A DNA stretch of 60,273 bases, counting the filler, from Nitrospinae bacterium RIFCSPLOWO2_12_FULL_45_22 (lineage in GTDB: Bacteria > 2-12-FULL-45-22): assembly GCA_001803565.1 (NCBI GenBank). It is 9 parts of 9 records of this genome, joined end to end, with 100 filler letters (N's around TTAATTAATTAA, not from the genome) between each part and the next. Parts side by side here need not be neighbours in the genome. Positions count along the whole stretch, not along the records: positions 15,912 to 31,083 come from MHDQ01000196.1; positions 31,184 to 36,580 come from MHDQ01000197.1; positions 36,681 to 42,302 come from MHDQ01000198.1; 6 more parts are not named here. The stretch is one strand, 5' to 3'. Each line of letters starts with the position of its first letter. Positions within the stretch are counted from its first letter, which is position 1. The notes under the pieces are model-generated. The model made no database searches and was not told the origin of the DNA. It saw only the letters and a program-made list of their open reading frames with translations. The position numbers and the translations under genes were made by a program. Of this stretch, positions 30,321 to 38,483 are shown in pieces.

Positions 30321-30728
30321 CTACGGTTTAAGTTCTTTACCTGTTTCCCAGTCAAGATGCGTTTCCTTCTCTGCATGAAGATACCAGATAGAAATCCCAT
30401 CATGGTGGGTGCGGATGGTTGTGCCCATTCTTTTGGCTTTTGTTTTGAAGTACACATGACAGAGCAAGCGGCGAACAAAAACTGCAGCCTCGTATTGCCA
30501 GACATTCATGCAAGCCAGACAATAGCCTGCATGACACAAGTTGCGCCTGTAAAAACCCAAATCTAGGGTGAAGAAAGTTGGACGGCTGAGTGTGTGCAGG
30601 AAGGGAATAACCTCATCATCTTTCATCCCCTTCCGCCCCACCTCATAGCCGATTTGACGAATCGGTATGCGCCAACCCCGGAGAAGCTGACGCTGACTTT
30701 CAGGAAAATTTTCATCCAAGACAATCAC
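30321..30728 (-). CDS. DUF5615 PIN-like toxin
   Basis: MIVLDENFP...DDEVI...FFTLDLGF; coupled to a DUF433 gene. Confidence 0.8.
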   Translation of the reverse strand: MIVLDENFPESQRQLLRGWRIPIRQIGYEVGRKGMKDDEVIPFLHTLSRPTFFTLDLGFYRRNLCHAGYCLACMNVWQYEAAVFVRRLLCHVYFKTKAKRMGTTIRTHHDGISIWYLHAEKETHLDWETGKELKP

Positions 30729-30985
30729 GTAGTGGTTAACTCTAGAGTATATTCATGAGCATGTTCAATGAATGCTTGACTTGCAAGACGGACAGCTTCG
30801 GCAATAGCTTCCTTTGTGATACTACCGCGCCATTCCTCGATAATCGCTTCCCATGACATTCCATTCGCAGCCTGTTCCAAAACCTGCCAAACCATAATGC
30901 GTGTACCGCGAAATGTTGGCTTACCATGGCAGATCTCTGGGTCAGTGACAATGTAGCGACCAATCATTTTACTTTTCATTTCCAT
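30725..30985 (-). CDS. DUF433 antitoxin
   Basis: IVTDPEICHGKPTFRGTRIMV. Confidence 0.92.
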   Translation of the reverse strand: MEMKSKMIGRYIVTDPEICHGKPTFRGTRIMVWQVLEQAANGMSWEAIIEEWRGSITKEAIAEAVRLASQAFIEHAHEYTLELTTT

Positions 30986-31221
30986 ATCCCCTCATGCATC
31001 CCATGCTCGATTAAAGGATACATGCCGAACTACTTGAGGTCAAGTGGCCTAACGAATAATCATATGGTTTCTGTATAATATCANNNNNNNNNNNNNNNNN
31101 NNNNNNNNNNNNNNNNNNNNNNNNNNNTTAATTAATTAANNNNNNNNNNNNNNNNNNNNNNNNNNNNNNNNNNNNNNNNNNNNTTCTGGTAAGGCATATT
31201 GCTTTAATTTTTGGGACACCT

Positions 31222-31434
31222 TTAATCACTTCCTTTAATCGGTTTTTGATTGCTGGGTATCAGATTGCCATTTTGATCAAATACCTCATGCCAGACTTCC
31301 CTTACCTTCCCATCTGGAGAAACTTCTCTTCTAATAGATCCTTTTTCTCCTGTCGGGCTTTTCCTTCTCCATCGCCTCTGGGTCCTCGATCCATCAGGAT
31401 GGACTATCTCTTCATCAGGCTTGAATTTGCCCAT
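31222..31434 (-). CDS. Small hypothetical protein
   Basis: 70-aa ORF with repeated PDG turns; no family recognised. Confidence 0.4.
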   Translation of the reverse strand: MGKFKPDEEIVHPDGSRTQRRWRRKSPTGEKGSIRREVSPDGKVREVWHEVFDQNGNLIPSNQKPIKGSD

Positions 31435-31625
31435 ATTTTCTATTCGGCAGATGTCAAAGGAAGATTAACACCTAATTTATCAAAAATAGGCTGCCTGGTC
31501 ACTACAAAAATCAGTATGCTTAAAAGAAAATAGGAGAAAATAGAGACAGCGCCTATTTAAAAAAAAGAACGCCTGCACGGACAGATAACATGCTAAAATA
31601 GAAAATATAAAAAGGATATACTAAA

Positions 31626-32087
31626 ATGAAGAAAGAGACTTTATACCTTGATACATCTGTTCCGAGCGCTTATTATGATAAGATGAAACCAGAGAGACAA
31701 AAGTTAACCTGGGAGTTTTGGAAAAAATTAGAGAAATACGAAGTATATATCTCAGAGATGACAGAGATAGAATTAAAAAACACAAAGGAGAGAAAGAAAA
31801 GAAATCAATTCCTCTCGTTGATTGCTGGAATGGAGATACTTCCTATAACCGAAGAGGTCATTGAATTAGTCCAAATCTACCTTAAAAATAAGGTTGTCCC
31901 TAAGGCAAAAGAAGAAGATGCTTATCATATTGCGGTTGCTACACTGAATGAGATTGATATTATTGTGAGTTGGAACTTTGACCACTTAGTGAATATAAAA
32001 ACGAGGAGGAGAGTAAATGGGGTGAATATACTGCACGGGTATAAACCTATAGAAATAATCTCCCCTCCAGAGTTAGGAGGTGATTAA
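31626..32087 (+). CDS. PIN-domain (VapC-like) toxin
   Basis: LYLDTSV, EDAYHIAVA, IVSWNFDHLVN. Confidence 0.88.
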   Translation: MKKETLYLDTSVPSAYYDKMKPERQKLTWEFWKKLEKYEVYISEMTEIELKNTKERKKRNQFLSLIAGMEILPITEEVIELVQIYLKNKVVPKAKEEDAYHIAVATLNEIDIIVSWNFDHLVNIKTRRRVNGVNILHGYKPIEIISPPELGGD

Positions 32088-32301
32088 GGTGGCGAAAAAG
32101 AAAGAATTTACTGATGACCCAATGATGCATAAGCTGCATGAGATACGATCTGAGATTCACCAAAGGATTAAAGATTTAAACCCTAAAGAGAAGGTTGCAT
32201 GGATACATAAAGAAGCAGAAGGATTTTTGAAATCTCAAGGTTATAAACTTACCCCTGCGAGGAAAGGTTATCGTATTGCGGCAAAGAGTATAAAAGGGTA
32301 A
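32080..32301 (+). CDS. Small putative antitoxin
   Basis: Overlaps the PIN gene end; DPMMHKLHEIR. Confidence 0.6.
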   Translation: MIKVAKKKEFTDDPMMHKLHEIRSEIHQRIKDLNPKEKVAWIHKEAEGFLKSQGYKLTPARKGYRIAAKSIKG

Positions 32302-32369
32302 AAAGTATATAGTTCAGTAATCGGAGGCTGTTTTGATGATGAATTTGGTGAATATTCCGGCATCCTTCA

Positions 32370-32445
32370 TAGAAGATAGGGTCAGGTCTTGAATCTTGAC
32401 TTTTTCTCGATAGTCAGCAATGTCAAAAGTAAAGACCTGACCCCA
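32370..32445. repeat. 76-bp direct repeat, left copy (internally palindromic, REP-like)
   Basis: GGGTCAGGTCTT...AAGACCTGACCCC; two mismatches to 36322-36397. Confidence 0.9.
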
Positions 32446-32460
32446 GTAAACCACTGCGAA

Positions 32461-33339
32461 TTACACAGGCAGGTCTTTTGGCAATCCTGTCCGGGTGTAT
32501 CTTTTCAGGTCTGCTGACCCCCTTTTGCCCACCAATGAGTTACAAATAACGCAATCTTCCTTTTTCTTGTCAGTTCTTACATTAACCTTCCCTTGCATGC
32601 CCTTATAAACCAGCATCCGATTAGGAGTCCTTATGTTTGTCAGCAGCATGAGAAACTCAGTGACTGCCAGATTGGCTATGATGCCATTCAGGGATATCAC
32701 TGCCGGGGCAGTTGCACCGCCACCTAAGCCATAACCGTGTTTTTCACGAAACTCCCTTTCAGGAGGGCTCTCCAATTCAATCTTGGCAACCTCTGTATCA
32801 ATTTGGTTTGCACATAAAGCACAAAAATCACCAGGGCGAGCAATTATTACGCGCCCGCCAAATTCCACGACCCGGCCTTCCGCAGGGTAAATCTCAGCAG
32901 CCGAGTCAATCAGCGGGATTTCATATGCAGTTGAAAGCTCCGTCAGTATCAGCCGGGCTGCGTCATTATCCACACACCCGAAAAGATAATCTATATAGGT
33001 GAGTGCGTCCAGAACTTTCTCATTCCTAAGGTTCATGGACAGCTTGTTGATCTTGGCGTCGAGGCTTATCTGTTTTATCATTCTTTCCGCTACTTCCACT
33101 TTCAACCTTTTTTCTTTCACATCAATTGGGAGAGCGCCGACTAAACGGTTCAGGTTGGACTCCTCAACAATGTCATCATCAACTGTCAGGAAGTCTTCCG
33201 CTCCAAGATACGCAAGGGCCTGTGCTATATGGGATCCCATCCCTCCCAAGCCGACAATGCCGATTTTAGCAGTTGCCAGCTTCCTCTGGCCTTCTTCCCC
33301 AAATGCAAGTATTTGCCTTGAAAACCTACCATCGCTCAT
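32461..33339 (-). CDS. ThiF/E1-like adenylating enzyme
   Basis: RFSRQ, GLGGMG, DDDIVEESNLNR, GCVDN, CALC and CVIC Zn motifs. Confidence 0.92.
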   Translation of the reverse strand: MSDGRFSRQILAFGEEGQRKLATAKIGIVGLGGMGSHIAQALAYLGAEDFLTVDDDIVEESNLNRLVGALPIDVKEKRLKVEVAERMIKQISLDAKINKLSMNLRNEKVLDALTYIDYLFGCVDNDAARLILTELSTAYEIPLIDSAAEIYPAEGRVVEFGGRVIIARPGDFCALCANQIDTEVAKIELESPPEREFREKHGYGLGGGATAPAVISLNGIIANLAVTEFLMLLTNIRTPNRMLVYKGMQGKVNVRTDKKKEDCVICNSLVGKRGSADLKRYTRTGLPKDLPV

Positions 33340-33893
33340 TTGTCACCTCGCTTAAAAAGAGTGGCAGACCAGCTAAACAACCTTTCCCGGATTGACGGTT
33401 TAACAATCTTGCATCTTCCATCTTTCTTGATTATGCGGACTTCTCTCACAGGAATTGGTATCGGGTTATCCGTGTTCCAGAGCTGACCATACACTGAAGT
33501 TTTAGTCCATACCAAAGCAGCATATTTTTTGCCGGGAAGTTTCCAACGGACATAACTGACAAACTGCTCCAGACCGACGACATCACTGGGAGAGAATTGT
33601 GCCATTCCATGGGTGCTTCTGTGAGAATGGCACTCCACAAGGTTGCAGTTCTTATTCCTTGCCGTTATCATTACCTTTACTTTCTCCTGCTCGTTCAATT
33701 CTAAATAAGACGATTCCTGAACGTCCCAACCAGTGGACTTTACCAAGTAAATGCCCTCGACATTCAGATTGATATTGGAAGAGGTCCCGGAATCGGTGGC
33801 GAAGAGGAAAGCTCCCTGTTCTTTTCTCCCTTTAAAGAGATGTCTTCTCAGTTCGTTGTAAAACTCTTCTGGAATTGTGATGATGGCTTCCAT
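33336..33893 (-). CDS. JAB/MPN metallopeptidase
   Basis: EQGAF...ECHSHRS...FSPSD (E, HxH, S, D motif). Confidence 0.85.
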   Translation of the reverse strand: MEAIITIPEEFYNELRRHLFKGRKEQGAFLFATDSGTSSNINLNVEGIYLVKSTGWDVQESSYLELNEQEKVKVMITARNKNCNLVECHSHRSTHGMAQFSPSDVVGLEQFVSYVRWKLPGKKYAALVWTKTSVYGQLWNTDNPIPIPVREVRIIKKDGRCKIVKPSIRERLFSWSATLFKRGDK

Positions 33894-33894
33894 C

Positions 33895-34284
33895 TTAACC
33901 AAGCTCCCTTAGGCGAATTTTGACTGACCTCATGAAGGATAAAAGATTGTCCCCTTCCTCTGTGCTGCTTGATGGATGCCATTGCTCTGCATGCCAGGAG
34001 AAACAACCCCAAGATCCTCCTAACGGGACCCCTGCTCCTTCACTGTAGTTTTGGATTGGGTTATCGTTGCTCAGCTTGAGTCCGCTTTCCACATAGAAGT
34101 TATCCGGAGCAGTATGGGGGTATGAAGAAGGGATAAGAAATAGAAGCTTCGTTTGTTTGCGGTTCAATCCATCCGGCAGAGGGAAATCAGGTATCAATAT
34201 CCAGTCATAATTCTCTCCGTGCTGCAGGTTTGGGTATTTTGCCCGGAGCAGCTCAATTTCCTTAAGCATTCTCTCTTTCATCAT
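33895..34284 (-). CDS. Prokaryotic E2/UBC-like protein
   Basis: WILIPDFPLPDG, IPSSYPHTAPDNFY, WGCFSWH. Confidence 0.85.
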   Translation of the reverse strand: MMKERMLKEIELLRAKYPNLQHGENYDWILIPDFPLPDGLNRKQTKLLFLIPSSYPHTAPDNFYVESGLKLSNDNPIQNYSEGAGVPLGGSWGCFSWHAEQWHPSSSTEEGDNLLSFMRSVKIRLRELG

Positions 34285-34515
34285 TCACCCCCTCTTGAAT
34301 TTAGGAGCTCTTCCAAAACCGTGACCCGGCTTTAACTCTACGGTTTCATTTTCGCCAAGGGTTCTTTCCGTTCCATCCGGAAATTCTTCAACCACGGGCA
34401 TGTCAGTTGGGAGATTTCCCAGGGTGCGAATTTCAGTCGTTGTGATCGTGTCCTTTTCCCACGGATACTCCTTTCCTTCGATCGTGACAAAATACTTTTT
34501 CCCTTTTTCGTTCAT
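34285..34515 (-). CDS. Ubiquitin-like (multiubiquitin-domain) protein
   Basis: YFVTIEGKEY...ITTTEIRTLG...ETVELKPG; ends in Gly (KFKRG). Confidence 0.85.
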   Translation of the reverse strand: MNEKGKKYFVTIEGKEYPWEKDTITTTEIRTLGNLPTDMPVVEEFPDGTERTLGENETVELKPGHGFGRAPKFKRG

Positions 34516-34560
34516 TTTTGCACCTCCTCTGTGGTAGAGGGGGCTATTGCCCCCTTCAAC

Positions 34561-34728
34561 CTATTTCTTGTGTTTGGTCGTATCAACCAGGTTAAACTTT
34601 GAACCTTTAGGCCCTGGCGGCAAAGGTTCACCCTTGACCGATGTGACTTCGGTTCCTGTCCTGGTGTTCTTATACTGGCCAGAGACCGGAGTCTTCTCCC
34701 CTGACTTTAAACTTTTGGTATTTGTCAT
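34561..34728 (-). CDS. YjzC-like small protein (55 aa, absent from the ORF track)
   Basis: MTNTKSLKSGEKTPVSGQY...EVTSVKGEPLPP...LVDTTKHKK; RBS AAGGGGGTG. Confidence 0.75.
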   Translation of the reverse strand: MTNTKSLKSGEKTPVSGQYKNTRTGTEVTSVKGEPLPPGPKGSKFNLVDTTKHKK

Positions 34729-34763
34729 TTCGAGATCACCCCCTTCCTTTATTGGTTAATTAA

Positions 34764-34862
34764 ATTTTAACCACCGCTTAATTTATTGTCAAGAGGATAA
34801 AACGAAAAAGATTAACCAGAGCTTAAAAATATTTTGACTAAAATTACCTTTTGATTTATATT
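34764..34862. promoter_or_regulatory. Divergent sigma70 promoters with two candidate operators
   Basis: Minus TTGACA-17-TAAAAT (34792-34764); plus TTGACT-17-TATATT (34834-34862); TTAACCANNGCTTAA at 34767-34781 and 34812-34826. Confidence 0.7.
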
Positions 34863-34895
34863 TACACTGAAACGCTGATAGAGAGAGGGGCTACT

Positions 34896-35252
34896 ATGAA
34901 TGAAAATATTGCTGAGATAATCGGAAAGAGAATCAGGGCTAAAAGGGAGGAAATTGGCATGAGACAGAAGAGGCTTGCTGAAAAAGTGGAAGTGAGCCCT
35001 GCTGCAATCAATCAGTTTGAGAAAGGGGAGAAAAAGCCTTCTTCTGAGGTTTTGGCCCGTATCGCAACTGAACTTGGGGTTTCAACAGACTATTTGCTTG
35101 GTGCTTCTGATGAGGAGAAAATGTTCCTCAGCGGCAATGTGGTTGCTGCTTTCCGGGATTTTAAGGAATTAAGCAAGAAGGACAGAGAGATTATCTTAAG
35201 CCATATTGAATTTCTTAAGTCCAAGGCAAAAGAAAAGGAAAAAGGGAAATGA
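34896..35252 (+). CDS. XRE-family HTH repressor (CapH/ImmR-like)
   Basis: IGKRIRAKRE...QKRLAEKVEVSPAAINQFEKG...LGVSTDYLLG. Confidence 0.9.
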   Translation: MNENIAEIIGKRIRAKREEIGMRQKRLAEKVEVSPAAINQFEKGEKKPSSEVLARIATELGVSTDYLLGASDEEKMFLSGNVVAAFRDFKELSKKDREIILSHIEFLKSKAKEKEKGK

Positions 35253-36076
35253 GCCTGGCAAAATATCATGCAAATTCCGTTATTAAGAAATTTAGCATCA
35301 AAGACCTGCCTGTTGACCCTTATAGAATCTCCAAAGAAATGGAGATTGAGGTTGTGGAAGATGATTGCGAGGGCTATACCGGGATGCTTTTGGTGGTTGC
35401 AGGCCAGGCCCTTATCAGCGTTAAGTCGAGTATAAGAGAATATCCCAAGAAGAGGTTTACCGTCGCACATGAAATGGGGCATTTTAGCATTCCTGAGCAT
35501 ATCACAGAGGAAAGGTATTTTTTCCAGTGCACGGACAAAGACCTCAATACCTTTGATAAAAAAGGAGGCAGGGAAGCCGAGGCTAACGAATTTGCCGCTG
35601 AGCTTCTGATGCCAGAAGACATCTTCAAGGAAAAAATAAGGCTAAAGGATCTCAGCTATAATTTGCTCCAGGATTTAACATCAGAGTTTGAAACCTCTCT
35701 TACCGCTACTGGAATCAGGTTTTCGGAGCTGTCAGGTGATTATGCGCTGGTCTGCTCAGAGAACTCCTGCATCAAATGGCTTATCAAAGGCGATAACTTT
35801 CCATTCTATGTCAGAGGCGAAGGAAAGCTTGCCAATGAATCGATAGCGATAGAATTTTTCAGGGGCAAAAAACTTCCAAAATCTTTCGAGACGGTGCCTG
35901 CCTTTGCCTGGCTGGATGATTATAAGCTCAAAGGTGATATGGATGTCCAGGAATTATCCATCCCGCTTCCTTATTACGACCAGGTCTTGAGCTTCCTTTA
36001 CATGGAACCCCGCGAAGAAGATGAGGACGATGAATATTTGGAAGAGTTGGATGGTTATCCTAGATTTAAAAAATAA
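35249..36076 (+). CDS. ImmA/IrrE-family metallopeptidase (CapP-like)
   Basis: RFTVAHEMGH, EAEANEFAAELLMP. Confidence 0.92.
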   Translation: MSLAKYHANSVIKKFSIKDLPVDPYRISKEMEIEVVEDDCEGYTGMLLVVAGQALISVKSSIREYPKKRFTVAHEMGHFSIPEHITEERYFFQCTDKDLNTFDKKGGREAEANEFAAELLMPEDIFKEKIRLKDLSYNLLQDLTSEFETSLTATGIRFSELSGDYALVCSENSCIKWLIKGDNFPFYVRGEGKLANESIAIEFFRGKKLPKSFETVPAFAWLDDYKLKGDMDVQELSIPLPYYDQVLSFLYMEPREEDEDDEYLEELDGYPRFKK

Positions 36077-36245
36077 CTTAATCCGATTTGAGACGAACCA
36101 AGAGGACATTGGCAAAAAGCTTGGCATTAGCCAGAGCATGGCTAGCAGGCTGGAAAAAGGCAAGAACCCATCAGTTGAGCTTTTGCTGAAAATAAGCGAG
36201 GTTTTCGGGAAGTCTATGGACTGGATACTGAAGCACGAAGGATAA
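36076..36245 (+). pseudogene. Second XRE-HTH fragment without a convincing start
   Basis: NQEDIGKKLGISQSMASRLEKGKNPSVELLLKISEVFGKSMDWIL. Confidence 0.55.
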
Positions 36246-36321
36246 GATAAGAACTTTGAACTGGTTGAGTAATGCATAAACTAAACCCATTTTCTTGATT
36301 TCCATACACTTACGATCATAG

Positions 36322-36397
36322 TAGAAGATAGGTTCAGGTCTTGAATCTTGACTTTTTCTCGATAGTCAGCAATGTCAAAAGGAAAGACCTGACCCCA
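36322..36397. repeat. 76-bp direct repeat, right copy
   Basis: Near-identical to 32370-32445. Confidence 0.9.
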
Positions 36398-36580
36398 TTG
36401 AACAGCCTTAAGGGCATCCCTGGATGCCTCAAAGAAGGCTAAAATTCCATCACCACCCACAGCCCATGCCTTGCCTCCAACCTTGTCTATCTCTTCCCTC
36501 AAGAGGTCTCTCTGTCGCTGGATGATGACGGCGGCCATATCGCCTTCTTCAGAGAAGATGGCAGTTGAGCCCTTCATATC
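36398..36580 (-). pseudogene. Class III adenylate/guanylate cyclase fragment interrupted by the repeat
   Basis: DMKGST...GGKAWAVGGDGILAFF; similarity stops at the repeat. Confidence 0.7.
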
Positions 36581-36680
36581 NNNNNNNNNNNNNNNNNNNN
36601 NNNNNNNNNNNNNNNNNNNNNNNNTTAATTAATTAANNNNNNNNNNNNNNNNNNNNNNNNNNNNNNNNNNNNNNNNNNNN

Positions 36681-37616
36681 TCTTGCCCTGTGAATCCTGT
36701 CCAATCCACCTATCCAAACGGTGCTTTCTTCAATGTCTTCTTTCTTTACGCCTTTTATTTTGCTCTCTGCCGGAATACGCCATGCATGATGGGCTTCATC
36801 GTTGATAATGACAAGATTTGTTGCATTCGCCATATCGCCTAACACTTCCCGCACATAAGCTTCATCGCTTTTGGCGCCCCGTTTATCAACTGTTTTTTTC
36901 CTGGCCAATCTTTCTTCACTATCCCAAGCGAGGGCGTGCCAGTTGATGATTTTTACCTTGCCTTGCCGCAAAGATTCCATCAAACCCGATGGAACGATGT
37001 TAAATTCTTCAAAGTAGTTTTCCTTGTCGAAAGGATTCAACACCGATAAGCGGTTGCGAACCGTCAGACCCGGCGCAACCACCAAAATATTTTTGGAGAA
37101 CCGTGTGTCTTTACTGTTGGTTACTTTATTCAGGACTTGCCATGCAATGAGCATACCCATGACAATGGTTTTGCCAGAGCCCGTGGCCATCTTGGTGCAC
37201 CATCGTGAAAAATCTCCACCATCGCTTTGGATGTCAATACCTGTGCGGTCGGCTTCCGGCGCTTCGGTAAGCCATATCAGGGTTTCGATGGCCTCTAACT
37301 GGCAAAAGAAAAACCTGCGGTCTTTACGTTCTTCGGGGTCTTGCCAGTGTTGCAGTAATCTTTTGGTAATGCCGGTAACACCCGGATAGCCCTGCTCACG
37401 CCATTTCTCTATTCTTGGACGGATTTTATTGACCAAATCAATTTCAATGAAAAGTCCCGGATCGTCAAATCCTTGTGCTTGTGGTGTGGCAACAACATAT
37501 CCTGCCGGTCTGCGGCCTTCATGTAGGATAAATTCCCGTGTATCCCTTATGTATTCCCAATACTGCTGTGGTTCTTCGTAAGGGGAATTGATGATGAGCT
37601 TGTCAATTTGCTTCAT
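36681..37616 (-). CDS. res: Type III restriction enzyme Res subunit (N-terminal part)
   Basis: LIINSPYEEP, FFCQLEAIET, KMATGSGKT, INDEAHH. Confidence 0.88.
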
Positions 37617-37714
37617 GGTTTCTTCTTAAGGGAAGGTATTTTTTCAAATTCAGTTATGAGAGATAGAAGGTCTTCAGCAACCGTCTGCCAGACAATATCT
37701 TCTTTACTGCACAT
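37613..37714 (-). pseudogene. Internally deleted HepT/DUF86 HEPN toxin
   Basis: MCSKED runs straight into IVWQTVAEDLLSLITEFEK; the RNase motif region is absent; overlaps the MNT stop. Confidence 0.65.
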
Positions 37715-38012
37715 ATTGCACCTCTGCCGACTCGACTACCTCCTTGCGGAAATAGCGGCTTAAATCTTCAGGCGTCCTCAAGTCCACTTTGCGCCCGATG
37801 ATTTCGCTTAATTCGATCTCCATGCCTGATAAGGTTATGAGACCCGGAATATGATCCGGCTCAAACTCAACGAGAAGGTCTATATCACTGTCTGGCCCAA
37901 AATCGCCATGCAGGCAGGAACCGAACAGCGACAGCTTGCGGATATGGTGCCGCTTGCAGAATCCATCGATCTCGTTTTTTGGCAATACTATATGACTTTT
38001 GCTTTCCATCAC
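37704..38012 (-). CDS. MNT (MntA-like) minimal nucleotidyltransferase antitoxin
   Basis: [22 protein letters not shown]...GRKVDL. Confidence 0.9.
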   Translation of the reverse strand: MMESKSHIVLPKNEIDGFCKRHHIRKLSLFGSCLHGDFGPDSDIDLLVEFEPDHIPGLITLSGMEIELSEIIGRKVDLRTPEDLSRYFRKEVVESAEVQYVQ

Positions 38013-38088
38013 GCTATTCCTCCCTTCCCATACGATTATTGTGACCTGGTATCTTCGGTTATAAAATCCACACGCACCTCAATGGGAT

Positions 38089-38322
38089 TCATAAAGGGAA
38101 GAGGGGTTTCTTGGCCTCAAAGAACAATGAATCATCGATACTGCTTCCTTTCCATAGTCCTTTCAAAGAACCGCGCTTACCAGGCTTCTTAGTCTTGGAT
38201 ATGAATTCGGATGTTATCTGATGAATGACTTTGTAAAGTTTCGGCATCTTTTCTTCGGGAACCCTTCCCAGTTCTTTTATTATCCGCTTCTTATACGTCG
38301 AAAGCATAACTCCTCCTTTCAA
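38089..38322 (-). CDS. Small hypothetical protein, antitoxin-like
   Basis: Basic 70-77 aa ORF with RGSLKGLW; GGAGG RBS before MLSTYK. Confidence 0.5.
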   Translation of the reverse strand: MKGGVMLSTYKKRIIKELGRVPEEKMPKLYKVIHQITSEFISKTKKPGKRGSLKGLWKGSSIDDSLFFEAKKPLFPL

Positions 38323-38483
38323 TAATAGTCATTTGATTATATTCCTTAAGGATCATCTTTTCATATTCAGTCCTTGTCTCCATAATTTCCTCCATTATCC
38401 TCTTTTATATAATGCTTCAAGGTAACATTCAAAGGCCAGTAACTGCATAAGTACAACCATCTCAATTATTCTTCCCTCACCCC

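Noticed and set aside
32461-36076. CBASS type II
   Set aside because: No CD-NTase or effector gene; the neighbouring cyclase fragment is class III and broken
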